Assembly: GCA_016748015.1 (NCBI GenBank)
Contig: JAAOMT010000664.1
Location: forward strand, 745,820-809,819
Reading direction: 5' to 3'
Origin: Geosiphon pyriformis uo1
Lineage: Eukaryota > Fungi > Glomeromycota
DNA length: 64,000 bases
The position numbers and the translations under genes were made by a program. The notes under the pieces are model-generated. The model made no database searches. It saw only the letters and a program-made list of their open reading frames with translations, and was not told where the DNA came from. Positions 1 through 11,161 of the stretch are shown piece by piece. How positions within the stretch are numbered: position 1 is the stretch's first letter; every line of letters starts with the position of its first letter.

Positions 1-322
1 TCCAAGTGGTGGTTTGTTATTTTAAAAAAGTAGAGCCGTCGTCCTAAAGAACGAAATATGTATACAAAGCACAAATCCAAAATAAATGTCCCGAGGTTAC
101 ATAAAATATTTTTTATGCAGCGACATTTTAGATGGCGTCCATCCAGTGGTTATTCAAGCTGTAACGTGGTTCCAAAGTTTGATATGTCTCTTCGTCCCTT
201 GCTAATGAGCGAAGAAGAATACATTCCCTATATTTTTTAACCCACCTCGTCTTTCATTTTTCTTGAAATGAGTCTTCGCCTTTGATAAGTTTCAAAAATT
301 CCAGATCAAGAAACAAAGCGTA

Positions 323-3300
323 ATGGATAGGAAAGATCCGATGATAAACCTTTACATTCTACCTCGAGACCAGGAGTTTACACACCCTACCTACATTTTT
401 AAAAGAAACAACGTTGAAAACTATAACTTTGACCAAAAGATGATGCTTATGAAAGAAACGAGATCGAGAACACTAGAAATACCCACTTACCACCCACAAC
501 AAAATGAAGAGGATCAGAAAAAGGACTTGGATTTCGTCAGCGTCTTTCAATCTCAACAAAGTTTCGAATCTTCTGTCATTGAACAACAGTTCTTTTCACG
601 ACATTATCTTCACAATAATGGGATTCATTTTTTGGATGAACAAATATATCCCTTGCCCAATTCTATATATTCTCGTAGGCCCATGGAGGTCACAGAGACT
701 GGTGTCAGCGAAACTTCAAAATTCTCGCAATATCCTTTCTCCTTTCGGTCTGACAATGCTTTATCATTAAATCAATATCGGAAATATTCCACATTACATA
801 GCCAAACCACAATTGAAACCTCAAATCATTCTATTGACTCTCAAGCTCGAGGAGATCAGGATATCAATTGGATATCCAAAAGCAAAAAATCAAAGCGATC
901 CCAATCTCTCGCATCTTTTTCGCCACTCAATCGTACTCGAGGCATAACCTTTAGTTCACCTCCATCTTCACCTTCACCACCCTCTCCTTTTATCAAGGTT
1001 TCTAAAAATGAAAAACAAAAAACAAAAGAAAAACAGATTACCAGCAATCAAAATCGAAAGATTACACTAAAACAGACATTCAAGAACGACAATATAACAA
1101 TGGAACCAAACCAAATTCTCAATAATAGAAGTCAAAAAATGGAAAAAATGCAGTCGTTGAACAAAGAGATTAAAACATTAAAGAAACAAACATCCAACAA
1201 TGAAAGTCCTGGAAAATTTAAAAAACTGGTTCTTAATGATGAAAATAAAAAAGAAACAAAACTGAAAACCATAAATGAAAGTCAAAAAACTAGAAAGAAA
1301 CAGACACCTGACAATCAAAGTCAAGGTTCTGTATCACCTTTGTCTTCCACGGTACCTCTGAACCCAAAAGCCCAAAAGTTACCACCCATTCCAAACCAGT
1401 TGGCTTTTGGTAATGTTGGTAAAAATCGAAAAATTCCGAAGTCGAAAATTGCCCTAATTGAACAATTAGGTTTCCAGCTCTCCTCAGAAACTAGGCGAAA
1501 GTCTTCCCCAATTCCCTCGAAAAATGTTCCTAATAAACTAACACGACCTTCTATTCTTCCTAAAGTTTCATCTTCACCTCGGAAAAAAAACGCGTCAGGC
1601 ATCATTTATACCATGGAATATATCAAAAGAACATATGATACGAAAACTGTCAGCTCTAATAAAGAAAACGCAATTTGGGCTGTAAATCCCAAAAACTTTC
1701 TCCTTGATACTGTGGAGTATGAACTCAAGTGGGAATTATTGGGACCTGCTAACCAAAGATTTCATCGCGCCACTGTTACAATACAATTAAATGATACAAC
1801 TATAGCAGTCCAAGGTGACGGTTTAACTAAGAAAGAAGCCGAAAGACTTGCCGTCCTGCATATTTGTTATGAGCTTTATACTAAAGGATTGATACCAGAA
1901 TTAATAAAAAGAAAATCCGAACTAAAAGCGACTGAAAAAATTGAGACGGAAGCAAAAAAACACGTGTTTGAATATTGTGCAAGATTTGATCATGTTCCAG
2001 TTTTTAATACTTCAGAGATCAATAATAAATTTTGGGAAGCCACCGTAGAACTTCCTTCGCAAGAAATTATCGGTTTTGGTCGCGGGAAAGTAAGGAAAGA
2101 TGCCGAATTATTAGCTGCTGCAGATTTCAAAAAGAAAGCTGAAGAGTATCAACTTCGACATGGAGGAGAGTCAATCTCTCAAACACAAAATAAATATCTT
2201 ACGGAGGAAATATCAAGAGATTTTCTTCAATTCTATTCTAAGTACAAGAAATTGAAGAACCCTGAATTAAAAAGCAATTTAATTGATAAAAATTCGTGGG
2301 AAGGATCAATATCGATAGGAAATAAGGTTGTTGGCGTCAGCAGACAAGAGAGCAAAAATGATGCACATATGGCTGCTTATTTCGAAGCTGCGATTTCGTT
2401 GCGGAAAGAACATACTGAAGTCTGGTCAAAGTTTGAATCAAAAGGTGGACTTAAACCCACCGTTCATTTTACGATTGGCGATACAACTTCCCGATTACTT
2501 CAAAGATTAGTGGACGAAACTAGGCGGGCACCTATGTTCCAAAAAAAGGCGGTTAATTTGACATCAAAAAATGAAAGAATCAAACCGGAAGCTAAGGATC
2601 AACCTCCAGAACCTGAACAATTGAAGGTTCTAGAAGCTGTATCTGAGAAGCTCTATGATAAACATCAAGAATATTTGAATTCGAAAGAAACCCTTAAGAT
2701 GCGCTCTATCCGTGACCAACTTCCAATTACTCAATATAGTGGTCCGATTTTAGAGGCCATAGAAAATAATCTAGTGACAATAATCGTTGGTTCGACTGGT
2801 TGTGGGAAAACTACTCAATTACCCCAGATTCTTTTTGAAGACGCAATACAGAAACGGAAAGGTGCTCAATGTAATATTATTGTTACTCAGCCTCGTAGAA
2901 TTGCTGCAATATCGGTTGCTCAAAGAGTAGCCGTTGAACGATCAGAAAAATTGGGACAAACCGTTGGATATCAAGTTCGCTTCGAAAACCAAATGCCTTC
3001 GAAAACAGGGAGCATTTTGTTTTGCACTACGGGACTTTTTCTTCGTCGATTGCATGACGAAATTTCTGCGAAAGATCCGTTCGAAGGAATAACCCATATT
3101 GTGGTAGATGAAGTTCACGAAAGGGATATTAATGCTGACTTTTTATTAGTCATTTTAAAACGCATTCTTGATGAGCGACGTCGCAATAATCGCTCCCCCA
3201 TAAAATTGATTCTTATGAGTGCTACCATTGATTCTGGAGCGTTCGCCGAATACTTCGGAACTTTTTCTTCAAATGGGAGATGTCCAATTATTGAAGTGCC

Positions 3301-5350
3301 CGGAAAAATTTATCCTGTTCGACAATTTTATCTCGACGAGATCATTCCAAAATTGCGATTACTATATCCTAGCGACGCTAAGCGGTTAGATTCAAAAGAT
3401 ACCCAACGGTATCTTGATCATGAAAACAAATTTCTCCCAGATATGAAACCCTCACCGAATAATGATCTTTGCTTGCTCTCCAGTGAACAACCTATAAAGA
3501 CCATAGTTGCTAAAAACAGTGATGAAGTTAATAGTCAGATTGCTGAAATTGATGATAATGGCAAAGTTTCTCTTTCCTCATCTTCTGGTAGAATTATTGA
3601 CTGGGGTGGATCAAGATTTTTTGATAAAGAAAGGGCCGACGCCCAGGTTCCTTTTGATTTGATTGCCTTAGTTCTTGCTCATATTGTTAAAACTGGACGA
3701 GAAGGAGGCATTTTGATTTTCTTACCAGGATGGGAAGAAATCACAACACTTAACCGACTTCTTGCTGCCTCTCCGCTACCATTGGGTGTAAATTTTTCAG
3801 ATCCATCACGCTTTCAAATTCATATGCTGCACTCTTCAGTTACATCAGCAGTACAACGACAAGCCTTTGAGCCTCTGCCTAAACCTGGGATGCGAAAGAT
3901 TATTATTGCCACCAATATTGCCGAAACCTCAATTACGATTCCAGATATTGTCTATGTAATTGATTCTGGTAAACTGAAAGAAAAACGTTATGATCAGTCA
4001 AAGAGAATGACTAGTTTGATTACAACCTGGGTTAGTCAATCTAACGCTCGGCAAAGGGCTGGAAGAGCAGGACGTGTACGTGAAGGTGAATATTATGCGA
4101 TGATGTCTCGAACTCGCTACCAGAATTTAGAAGGTTTCTCCACACCAGAGCTTTTACGATCTGATCTGCAGGAGATTTGCCTCCAAATCAAAGCTCTTGA
4201 TCTTCCCGCAACTATTAGCGATGTGCTTGCACAAGCCATTGAACCGCCAGAAGAAGCGACAGTTAAAGCTGCTTTGGACAATCTAAAGTCTCTACAAGCC
4301 TTGGATGCCTCGGAAGAGATGACTCCCCTTGGCAAGGTTTTGTCCACTTTACCCATCGAGCCTGGTCTTGGGAAAATGGTGCTTTTAGGCGCGATCTTCC
4401 AATGTCTCGATCCAATTCTTACCATTGCGGCATCAATGACTCTCAAATCACCCTTCATGGTACCCCCAGGTGCCAGACAGCGAGCAGACGCAATAAGAAA
4501 TCAATGGTCACAAGGACTTTCCAGTGATCATTTTGCTGTTTTGAATGTATATGAAGCCTGGTATAAGCTTTATGTAACCGGAAATGATTTCCAGTTTTGT
4601 AGAAAAAATTTACTCAGTCGAACTGGCATGCAAATGATTGCCAAAACTAAAGGGCAGCTTTTGAACATCTTGGAACGTGGAAGAGTTATCCCTAGATCTT
4701 TTAATAATACAAAGGAAATGAATTCCAATGATTTGGCACTTGGCCCATCTGAATACAATAGATATTCAAATTGTACTCCCTTACTTCGTGGTATGATTTG
4801 TGCTGGTGTATATCCCAATATTTCTATTCTATCCTCTAAAAGGATGACTACTACTCAACATGAAAAGAGCGCCCTTTTCCACCCTTCATCGGTGAATTTC
4901 GCATCAAAAAGCTCTTCAAGACAAAAAACAAAGGCTTCTAATAATGACCAGGGTTTTCTACCTGGTACACTTTTTGCATATACAAGTAAAACGAAGACAA
5001 TTGATCAACAAGTTTTCATTCGTGACATCACCCGTATTGATCCGTTATCTGCGGTCTTGTTTGGTGGCGAGATAACATCACAGAAAGATAAACGTTTGGT
5101 TTTGACTGTCGACGAGTGGCTCAGATTTACTGGAAGTAACAATACACTTAATAATGTTACTACTTTGAAAAATTTACTTGATCATTGCTTAACCGAGGTC
5201 TACCAAGGATTTGGGAGATTCAGTAGGCCTTCTAACGTAGATGAAAAAGTGAAAAACCGACTAGTGGAAGGAATCGCCGAAGTTATACACGAATTAGATC
5301 AAGATATCAAGGAATTCCGAGGGAAATCCTTTATATTTTATAATGATTAA
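323..5350 (+). CDS. DEAH/RHA-family ATP-dependent RNA helicase (DHX30/DHX36/DHX9-like) with N-terminal dsRBD-like domains; single exon
   Basis: 1675-aa ORF with GSTGCGKTTQLPQ (I), TQPRRIAAISVA (Ia), DEVH (II), MSAT (III), IFLPGWEEI (IV), ATNIAETSITI (V), QRAGRAGR (VI) and HA2/OB-like C-terminus. Three dsRBD-like segments end in G..KKEAE..A-type helices. The exact start Met is uncertain. Confidence 0.93.
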   Translation: MDRKDPMINLYILPRDQEFTHPTYIFKRNNVENYNFDQKMMLMKETRSRTLEIPTYHPQQNEEDQKKDLDFVSVFQSQQSFESSVIEQQFFSRHYLHNNGIHFLDEQIYPLPNSIYSRRPMEVTETGVSETSKFSQYPFSFRSDNALSLNQYRKYSTLHSQTTIETSNHSIDSQARGDQDINWISKSKKSKRSQSLASFSPLNRTRGITFSSPPSSPSPPSPFIKVSKNEKQKTKEKQITSNQNRKITLKQTFKNDNITMEPNQILNNRSQKMEKMQSLNKEIKTLKKQTSNNESPGKFKKLVLNDENKKETKLKTINESQKTRKKQTPDNQSQGSVSPLSSTVPLNPKAQKLPPIPNQLAFGNVGKNRKIPKSKIALIEQLGFQLSSETRRKSSPIPSKNVPNKLTRPSILPKVSSSPRKKNASGIIYTMEYIKRTYDTKTVSSNKENAIWAVNPKNFLLDTVEYELKWELLGPANQRFHRATVTIQLNDTTIAVQGDGLTKKEAERLAVLHICYELYTKGLIPELIKRKSELKATEKIETEAKKHVFEYCARFDHVPVFNTSEINNKFWEATVELPSQEIIGFGRGKVRKDAELLAAADFKKKAEEYQLRHGGESISQTQNKYLTEEISRDFLQFYSKYKKLKNPELKSNLIDKNSWEGSISIGNKVVGVSRQESKNDAHMAAYFEAAISLRKEHTEVWSKFESKGGLKPTVHFTIGDTTSRLLQRLVDETRRAPMFQKKAVNLTSKNERIKPEAKDQPPEPEQLKVLEAVSEKLYDKHQEYLNSKETLKMRSIRDQLPITQYSGPILEAIENNLVTIIVGSTGCGKTTQLPQILFEDAIQKRKGAQCNIIVTQPRRIAAISVAQRVAVERSEKLGQTVGYQVRFENQMPSKTGSILFCTTGLFLRRLHDEISAKDPFEGITHIVVDEVHERDINADFLLVILKRILDERRRNNRSPIKLILMSATIDSGAFAEYFGTFSSNGRCPIIEVPGKIYPVRQFYLDEIIPKLRLLYPSDAKRLDSKDTQRYLDHENKFLPDMKPSPNNDLCLLSSEQPIKTIVAKNSDEVNSQIAEIDDNGKVSLSSSSGRIIDWGGSRFFDKERADAQVPFDLIALVLAHIVKTGREGGILIFLPGWEEITTLNRLLAASPLPLGVNFSDPSRFQIHMLHSSVTSAVQRQAFEPLPKPGMRKIIIATNIAETSITIPDIVYVIDSGKLKEKRYDQSKRMTSLITTWVSQSNARQRAGRAGRVREGEYYAMMSRTRYQNLEGFSTPELLRSDLQEICLQIKALDLPATISDVLAQAIEPPEEATVKAALDNLKSLQALDASEEMTPLGKVLSTLPIEPGLGKMVLLGAIFQCLDPILTIAASMTLKSPFMVPPGARQRADAIRNQWSQGLSSDHFAVLNVYEAWYKLYVTGNDFQFCRKNLLSRTGMQMIAKTKGQLLNILERGRVIPRSFNNTKEMNSNDLALGPSEYNRYSNCTPLLRGMICAGVYPNISILSSKRMTTTQHEKSALFHPSSVNFASKSSSRQKTKASNNDQGFLPGTLFAYTSKTKTIDQQVFIRDITRIDPLSAVLFGGEITSQKDKRLVLTVDEWLRFTGSNNTLNNVTTLKNLLDHCLTEVYQGFGRFSRPSNVDEKVKNRLVEGIAEVIHELDQDIKEFRGKSFIFYND

Positions 5351-5791
5351 ATTCTTTACACGGTCATGAAACTATCAATTTATTATAATGTTCCCTTTTT
5401 TTCGTCATGGGACTTCCACATAATAGAATCTAAAGTATTTACGTTTGTAGGGACAGCTTATATGAATAGATTTTAGATTTTTAACGATTTGGCTTTTACT
5501 CTACAAATCATTTTCTACTCGTGTTTAATTTAATTTAATTCAATTCAAAGGCAAATTTTAAATCCCTTTAAAGATCGAGATATTCAAACTTATGGCATAT
5601 AATCTAAAGAAACTTGGAATCATGCCACGAAGTTGCCTTTTGTGTCACCGAATTCTCCTAACTCCCTATTATCACATCTCAATTTCTAACAAGCCAAGTC
5701 ACATGCCCGTTAATGCCTTTCTGATTACCATTTTTAACAGTTATTAAAAATCTGAGTCGAGTAGCTATCCTGCTATTCGTGAATTTGGCAA

Positions 5792-8700
5792 ATGGAATTT
5801 CAGAATATTCCTTTAACGAATTCCAACCTTGTAGACTTACCGTCACCCACACCTCTTTCAGCAAGCAACAATGCCAATACTGGGACGCCAATCAAACGTT
5901 TTAAGCCAATCGAGACTTGTGACCATTGTAAGGAGCGAAAAGTTAAATGCGATAAAGAGCGGCCAGTATGCGGCACTTGTAAGAGAACTAAAAGAGAGTG
6001 TACCTATGAGTTCTCTGCTTCTTCAAAGCGTGGGAGGCCCAAAAGTGAACTTGAGATTTTGCAGGAACAGATAGACGATGTTGTTACCATTCAGCACGGT
6101 CAACTAAATCAGCTGGAATCATTATTAGAAATGGCTGTAAAGGGGACCAGAGATCTTTCACAGACTTCAACAATAAATTTGTCTGATTTGATACCGAGTA
6201 ACGATAATTCAGATGGAGAAGGTTTCCTTCAAAGTCAAGTTTTTAATGTAAGTTTAAGTTAGCAGGAGTTTTTTCAGCGTTAACTACGTATTTTAATCAA
6301 TTTTGTGATTACCAGGGCTGGGTTGGGATGCATCCAAACGACGTAATGCCTGCCCCAAGTTTGAATCAAAACATATCTGAGGAGACTCTACAAGTTTCAG
6401 CTCAATTAGCTGCAACATTGCCTAAAAACAGCAAAGCGCCAGTGGTGCGAGATGATTTAATTATTTGTTTTTTTTTTTGCCAAGAACCTTTAAAATGCTA
6501 TATTTTTAATCTTTACCTCTACAGGTTCACAGCAGTAACATAAATGATCTCAATCAATATCAAGGAATCAATCTGGCTGCATCAGATCCAATTGATCAGC
6601 TTACAAATGAATTCGATAGCCTAAATCCATTCGAATCTACTCAATATATCGGAGAAGGATCACTATTAATGCTAAGTGATGTTGGTGAAGAAACGATACT
6701 TCCTCAAAAGCCTACTGATCTGTCTCAAGTTGAACCAGAACTTAAAATCATACCAGAACCAGTCGCAGCAAAATATATGATAGACTTATATTATCAGGTA
6801 TTTGAATTGGACCGGATTGAAATTAACTCGATAAACATATAGATTGATTTTTAGTCTTTCTTCATAACATCAGCGAGTTTATCGACATTATCCACATCTA
6901 AGAAGAAAATTTGTTGACGATTGCCTTGCAAATCTTTCAAAGCCACAACATTTCCTTTTGCTTAATAGTGTCTTTTTTGCTGCTTCACCATTTCATAAGG
7001 ATGAGAAAATGCGTGACGGAAAAACTTATCACAAGGTATTTAAGTAAAGATGAATATTCAATTTGTAATTTTTTAAGATTACAATTCGTTTATGATTCTC
7101 TCAAATTAAATAATAAAAATTAGAGAGCAGTAGGTAATGGAAAATTCATTAATATACTGTTTATAAGCTTTGCTTTGTTATTCTTTGCTTTGAATTTACA
7201 TTTATTACAATGCTGATATGCCTCAATTCCAATAAGCCTTATTACAGAATCATTGCTTGCAAACTCCTCACGTTTTAACAGTGATAAGTCTTTTTATACT
7301 TGGTTTACATACCCGGACGGTAAGTTGGTTAATTTTAAAACTATAAGAGCAAATTTCATTTAATTTTATTAAAAGAAATTGTTTTTTATTAGATGGGCTC
7401 AGCGTGGATCTTTCATGGAATGGGATCAAAAATGACTTTTGAATTGGGATTACATCGAAAAATTAAGAGATTTCAAATGAATGAAGAAATCAAAGAAATG
7501 AGGGATATGGCATTTTGGGGTTGCTTTGTGGCCGAAACGTGAGCATAAATTTAGATGGATTTACTTCACTGGTTAAGAATTAGTCGGAAAAAAAATGCAC
7601 CGAAAAATGCTTTTATTTATTTTTTATAGATGGGTTTCAGCATGTTATGGCCGTCCAAGCGCGATTGATGAAGCGAGTTGTGATGTAGACCTTCTTCCTA
7701 TACCATCAGATCCTGAGCCAGATGAAGAGACAAGACTTCATATTGCATGGATTCTTCAAATAAATTTAATGCGCATTTTCGCTCAAGTAAGTTATATTAA
7801 GCTCAATCGGAATAAAAATCATTATTAATTCAAAAAAATTTATTCTCAGGTGCGTAAATATTTGTATGGACGGTCAAAAATAGAAGGTACTCGGCGAGAA
7901 GAGAATCAATTTCGATTCTTGGATGCAGCTCTTGGTCGCTGGTTTTATACTTTACCACAATGGTTAAAATTCGAAGAGATGGCAAAAGATGAACAGGGTA
8001 GTTTGCTAGGATCTATCGGGGGTAAATATCGGTCTATCAATTTTTTTCCATTATTTAAATCTAATATCTTCTTGACCCTATACTTGATATTTCTGCAGGA
8101 GAGATGCACACACTATTTTGGACTGTGCTTATTCTTCTTCATAGCCTTAATCTCACAATGTTCACCTCAAGTCCATCCAAACTCACAATACACACTAGCC
8201 AAGATTCCACCCGTTTATCTTCTCAAACTATTTGCATTCATGCTGCTACTATCCTTCTGCATTGGCTTGATGTCCTAATGAATTCAGTACCAGATTTTTT
8301 TGAACAATCATGTACCGCTTTATTTTCTATAGCCCCTGCCATTCGTGTTTTATCTTGGACTGCACAAAGAGGTGATCAAAAAGCTGAAAGTATGGTAGAA
8401 CGACTAAAAGAAATTAAGAATGAAGTGAAAGAAATTGCTCGAAGAAGATTTGCAACAGGTAGATTGGATGGCGAGGAAAAACTTAAAGGATGGTTGGGAA
8501 AATTTAAGAAAGAGGAAGAAGCCAAAAGCAGCAAAGCCCAAGATGGAAATAAGATGCTCAATCCGGATCAATACAAAAATGATCGTTCACAGAATTCCCA
8601 CAAAACTCGAAATCCAACCCGTCGGCGAAATAACAAATCAACTAATTGGAATGATGACACCGACAATTTTAAATTTACTTTTGCACCAACTAATTTCAAT

Positions 8701-9138
8701 AGTTTTCAAGAATCCTCTCAACAAAATTTACACCCATATAATTATTCCGATACACCCCAACATCAAGAGTTTCATATATCTGGGGAATCCACAAATTACA
8801 ATTCAAATTATTCAGAATTACAGTTCTCTAATCTATCTGCACCGAATCCTTCATCTGCCTCAACATCCCCCAATCCATCTACCATATCTTCTCAAATGGG
8901 GCAACCGTCTTTTCATTCACCTATCTTCAGTGGAATCAATTATATTTCCCCTCAACAACAACAACAACAACAACAACAACTTCAGAATCCGACAAATATT
9001 TGGAACTCACCACCTGATAATAAACCTATTGTAAGAATTCAAGACCAGTATGGCGAAGAATATGAGGCGAAAATTTTGATGGATAATGGTAGCAATCTTG
9101 TTGGCTATAGTAATGAAGAATATGTGCCTACATTTTGA
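5792..9138 (+). CDS. Zn(II)2Cys6 fungal transcription factor with Fungal_trans/MHR domain; exons 5792-6247, 6316-6444, 6525-6797, 6874-7035, 7124-7133, 7237-7319, 7393-7538, 7630-7786, 7850-8021, 8099-9138
   Basis: CDHCKERKVKCDKERPVCGTCKRTKREC binuclear cluster. Manual splicing with GT..AG introns keeps frame throughout and gives MHR motifs (AWIFHGMGSKMTFELGLHR, AFWGCFVAETWVSACYGRPSAID). S/N/Q-rich C-terminal tail. Confidence 0.9.
8953..8979 (+). repeat. (CAA)9 microsatellite encoding poly-Q in the TF tail
   Basis: Direct read of caa x9, in frame with QQQQQQQQQ. Confidence 0.9.
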
Positions 9139-9569
9139 AGGTTAAGGCACAAACGAATGCCTCTTCTCATTATGGTCTCAAGCCTATCACACATTGTGCA
9201 TTAAATTTTACAACATTCGTTATTTAACTTTTGTATTATATTTATGAGTGTAATTATTATTTGGTCGAATCAATTTGGTGGCTCAATGAAAAGTAATGAT
9301 CATCAAATTTTCATAAACCACGTGTCTAGTTTCTAGATATTTCGCATAAGTGAAGTATGAATCATTCGTATTCCTTGATTATTTTAATCATTAGGAAATG
9401 ACTAAACTTCTTAATATTGGTTCAACGCGAGACTACGTCCTCGCATCGAGCCTTTTACATCAAGTTTGCACTCTCTTTTATGCTTTCAAAAATTTCATAG
9501 TTCAGAAATTTGAAGAAAAGGGCCTTTGGTACTCCCCGAGTCAAAAGTTCCCCACAAAACGTTTTCAGA

Positions 9570-10715
9570 ATGAATCGCCCATACCTAGATGCTGATCAAG
9601 TTATAGATTTCAAACGCTATTACGCTTATGGATTTGTGATAAACCTCATACCGCTTTACATATTTTACCCTGTACGTACCGGTAAGACACTTCAACAGGC
9701 CAACATTGGTACAGGCTTCTCGACCTCACTTTTTTCTGTGATCGCTGAAAGAACGCGAACTGAAGGGGTGCGTGGTTTGTACAAAGGTCTCGGTGTATAC
9801 GCGTTTGGTAGCATAAGTGGACGTCTAGTTCACTTTGCTACCTATGATGCCCTACGAGAACGTGTATATAAGGGACGTGGGAGTAGTCTTGGTCTTGGCT
9901 GGCTAGAAGGACGAGATCCGGCAATCATTAATGGATTCTTGGGCACTTTGGCTTCCGTTACCACCTCGTCTTTCATGGTGCCTTTTGATATGATTTCTCA
10001 TCAACTACAAGTTTCAAAAAAGGATCCTTCAGTCAATAATATACAACATCCAGAATCTCTTAACATAAATAATAAAAACCAACCTATAAACGAAAATAGT
10101 ACCTTTCCCAAGCGCAATATTCACACTATTAATCACATAAAACAATTCACTTTTGGTATATTATCCACAGCACATGAAAAAGCCACCAAAACTCCAACGA
10201 AATCTTCAATTTTCCCTTCTATTAAGTTACGTGACAATTTTATTACACGTCTAAAACCTCATGATGTGCCATGGTATCGTTTCTTATATCGTGGCTGGTC
10301 AGCAGGGATTTTGAGTACAATTTCTTTTTTTCCCGTATATTTTTATACCTATACTTTCACTCTGCAGCATCTGGAGCGCAATCAACATTTCTTTACTTTT
10401 CTACCCTCTCAGCACTTTTTCCTTTCTGTCAGTGCGGGAATGGTAGCTGGCCTATCGGCGACTTTTGCATCTGCACCATTTGATGTTGTAAAAACTCGTA
10501 TCCAAATCGCCCGAGAAGCTGGACATAATAATATGCGATGGTTGGCAATGGCAGGATCGATATTACGTACTCAGGGACTCAGGGGTATGTTTGTGGGAAT
10601 GTCTGCCAGATTGTCTATTATAGTACCCTTAGGCAGTCTCAACTTTTGGGTATTTGAAAAGGTTCGGGAATGGAGTGCTGTACGAATTGAATTACCACCT
10701 TCTAGTGATCATTAA
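9570..10715 (+). CDS. Mitochondrial carrier (SLC25 family), SLC25A44-like
   Basis: Three carrier repeats: YPVRTGKTLQQ..EGVRGLYKG, VPFDMISHQLQ..LYRGW, APFDVVKTRIQ..QGLRGMFVG. First ATG is at 9570 (the ORF track opens at TTG 9510). The subfamily call rests on N-terminal IDFKRYYAYG and DMISHQ and is less certain. Confidence 0.85.
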   Translation: MNRPYLDADQVIDFKRYYAYGFVINLIPLYIFYPVRTGKTLQQANIGTGFSTSLFSVIAERTRTEGVRGLYKGLGVYAFGSISGRLVHFATYDALRERVYKGRGSSLGLGWLEGRDPAIINGFLGTLASVTTSSFMVPFDMISHQLQVSKKDPSVNNIQHPESLNINNKNQPINENSTFPKRNIHTINHIKQFTFGILSTAHEKATKTPTKSSIFPSIKLRDNFITRLKPHDVPWYRFLYRGWSAGILSTISFFPVYFYTYTFTLQHLERNQHFFTFLPSQHFFLSVSAGMVAGLSATFASAPFDVVKTRIQIAREAGHNNMRWLAMAGSILRTQGLRGMFVGMSARLSIIVPLGSLNFWVFEKVREWSAVRIELPPSSDH

Positions 10716-11161
10716 GTTTCAACCTTATTAATAATATCATTAAAGTCAATGATAAGGGCTTTGGACCATAATGCAAAATAATATATTTTTATCCACCGAC
10801 ATCTGACTCTTTTAAATCATTGAGCCCTCGATTGAACATTATTGAAACAAGTGAATGGAGGTCAAAAAATCACTTTCCATGGATTTTATTAAGGGAAAAC
10901 AAAACCTCAGTTAAATCAACTTGATCAGGAATTTTGATTGGAAACATAAGCAGGATGATTTTACGAAGGCCAAGACAAATGTTCCTTTTATGAAGTCATC
11001 TTCATTAAAGAGGTAACAAGCTCTTTAGATTATTTATCATATAATCCTTTTTTACTTCATGCCTCCTAACAATACCCTTGGATGTTTTTAATAGTTAACT
11101 GTAGATGAGTTTCAAAATAATCCAATCCAATATTCTTAATTCCTAAGATTTTGAGCCTTTA

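Noticed and set aside
8435-9034. 199-aa overlapping ORF with poly-N, and other short shadow ORFs over genes
   Set aside because: Alternative-frame or antisense readings of real exons with no independent motifs.
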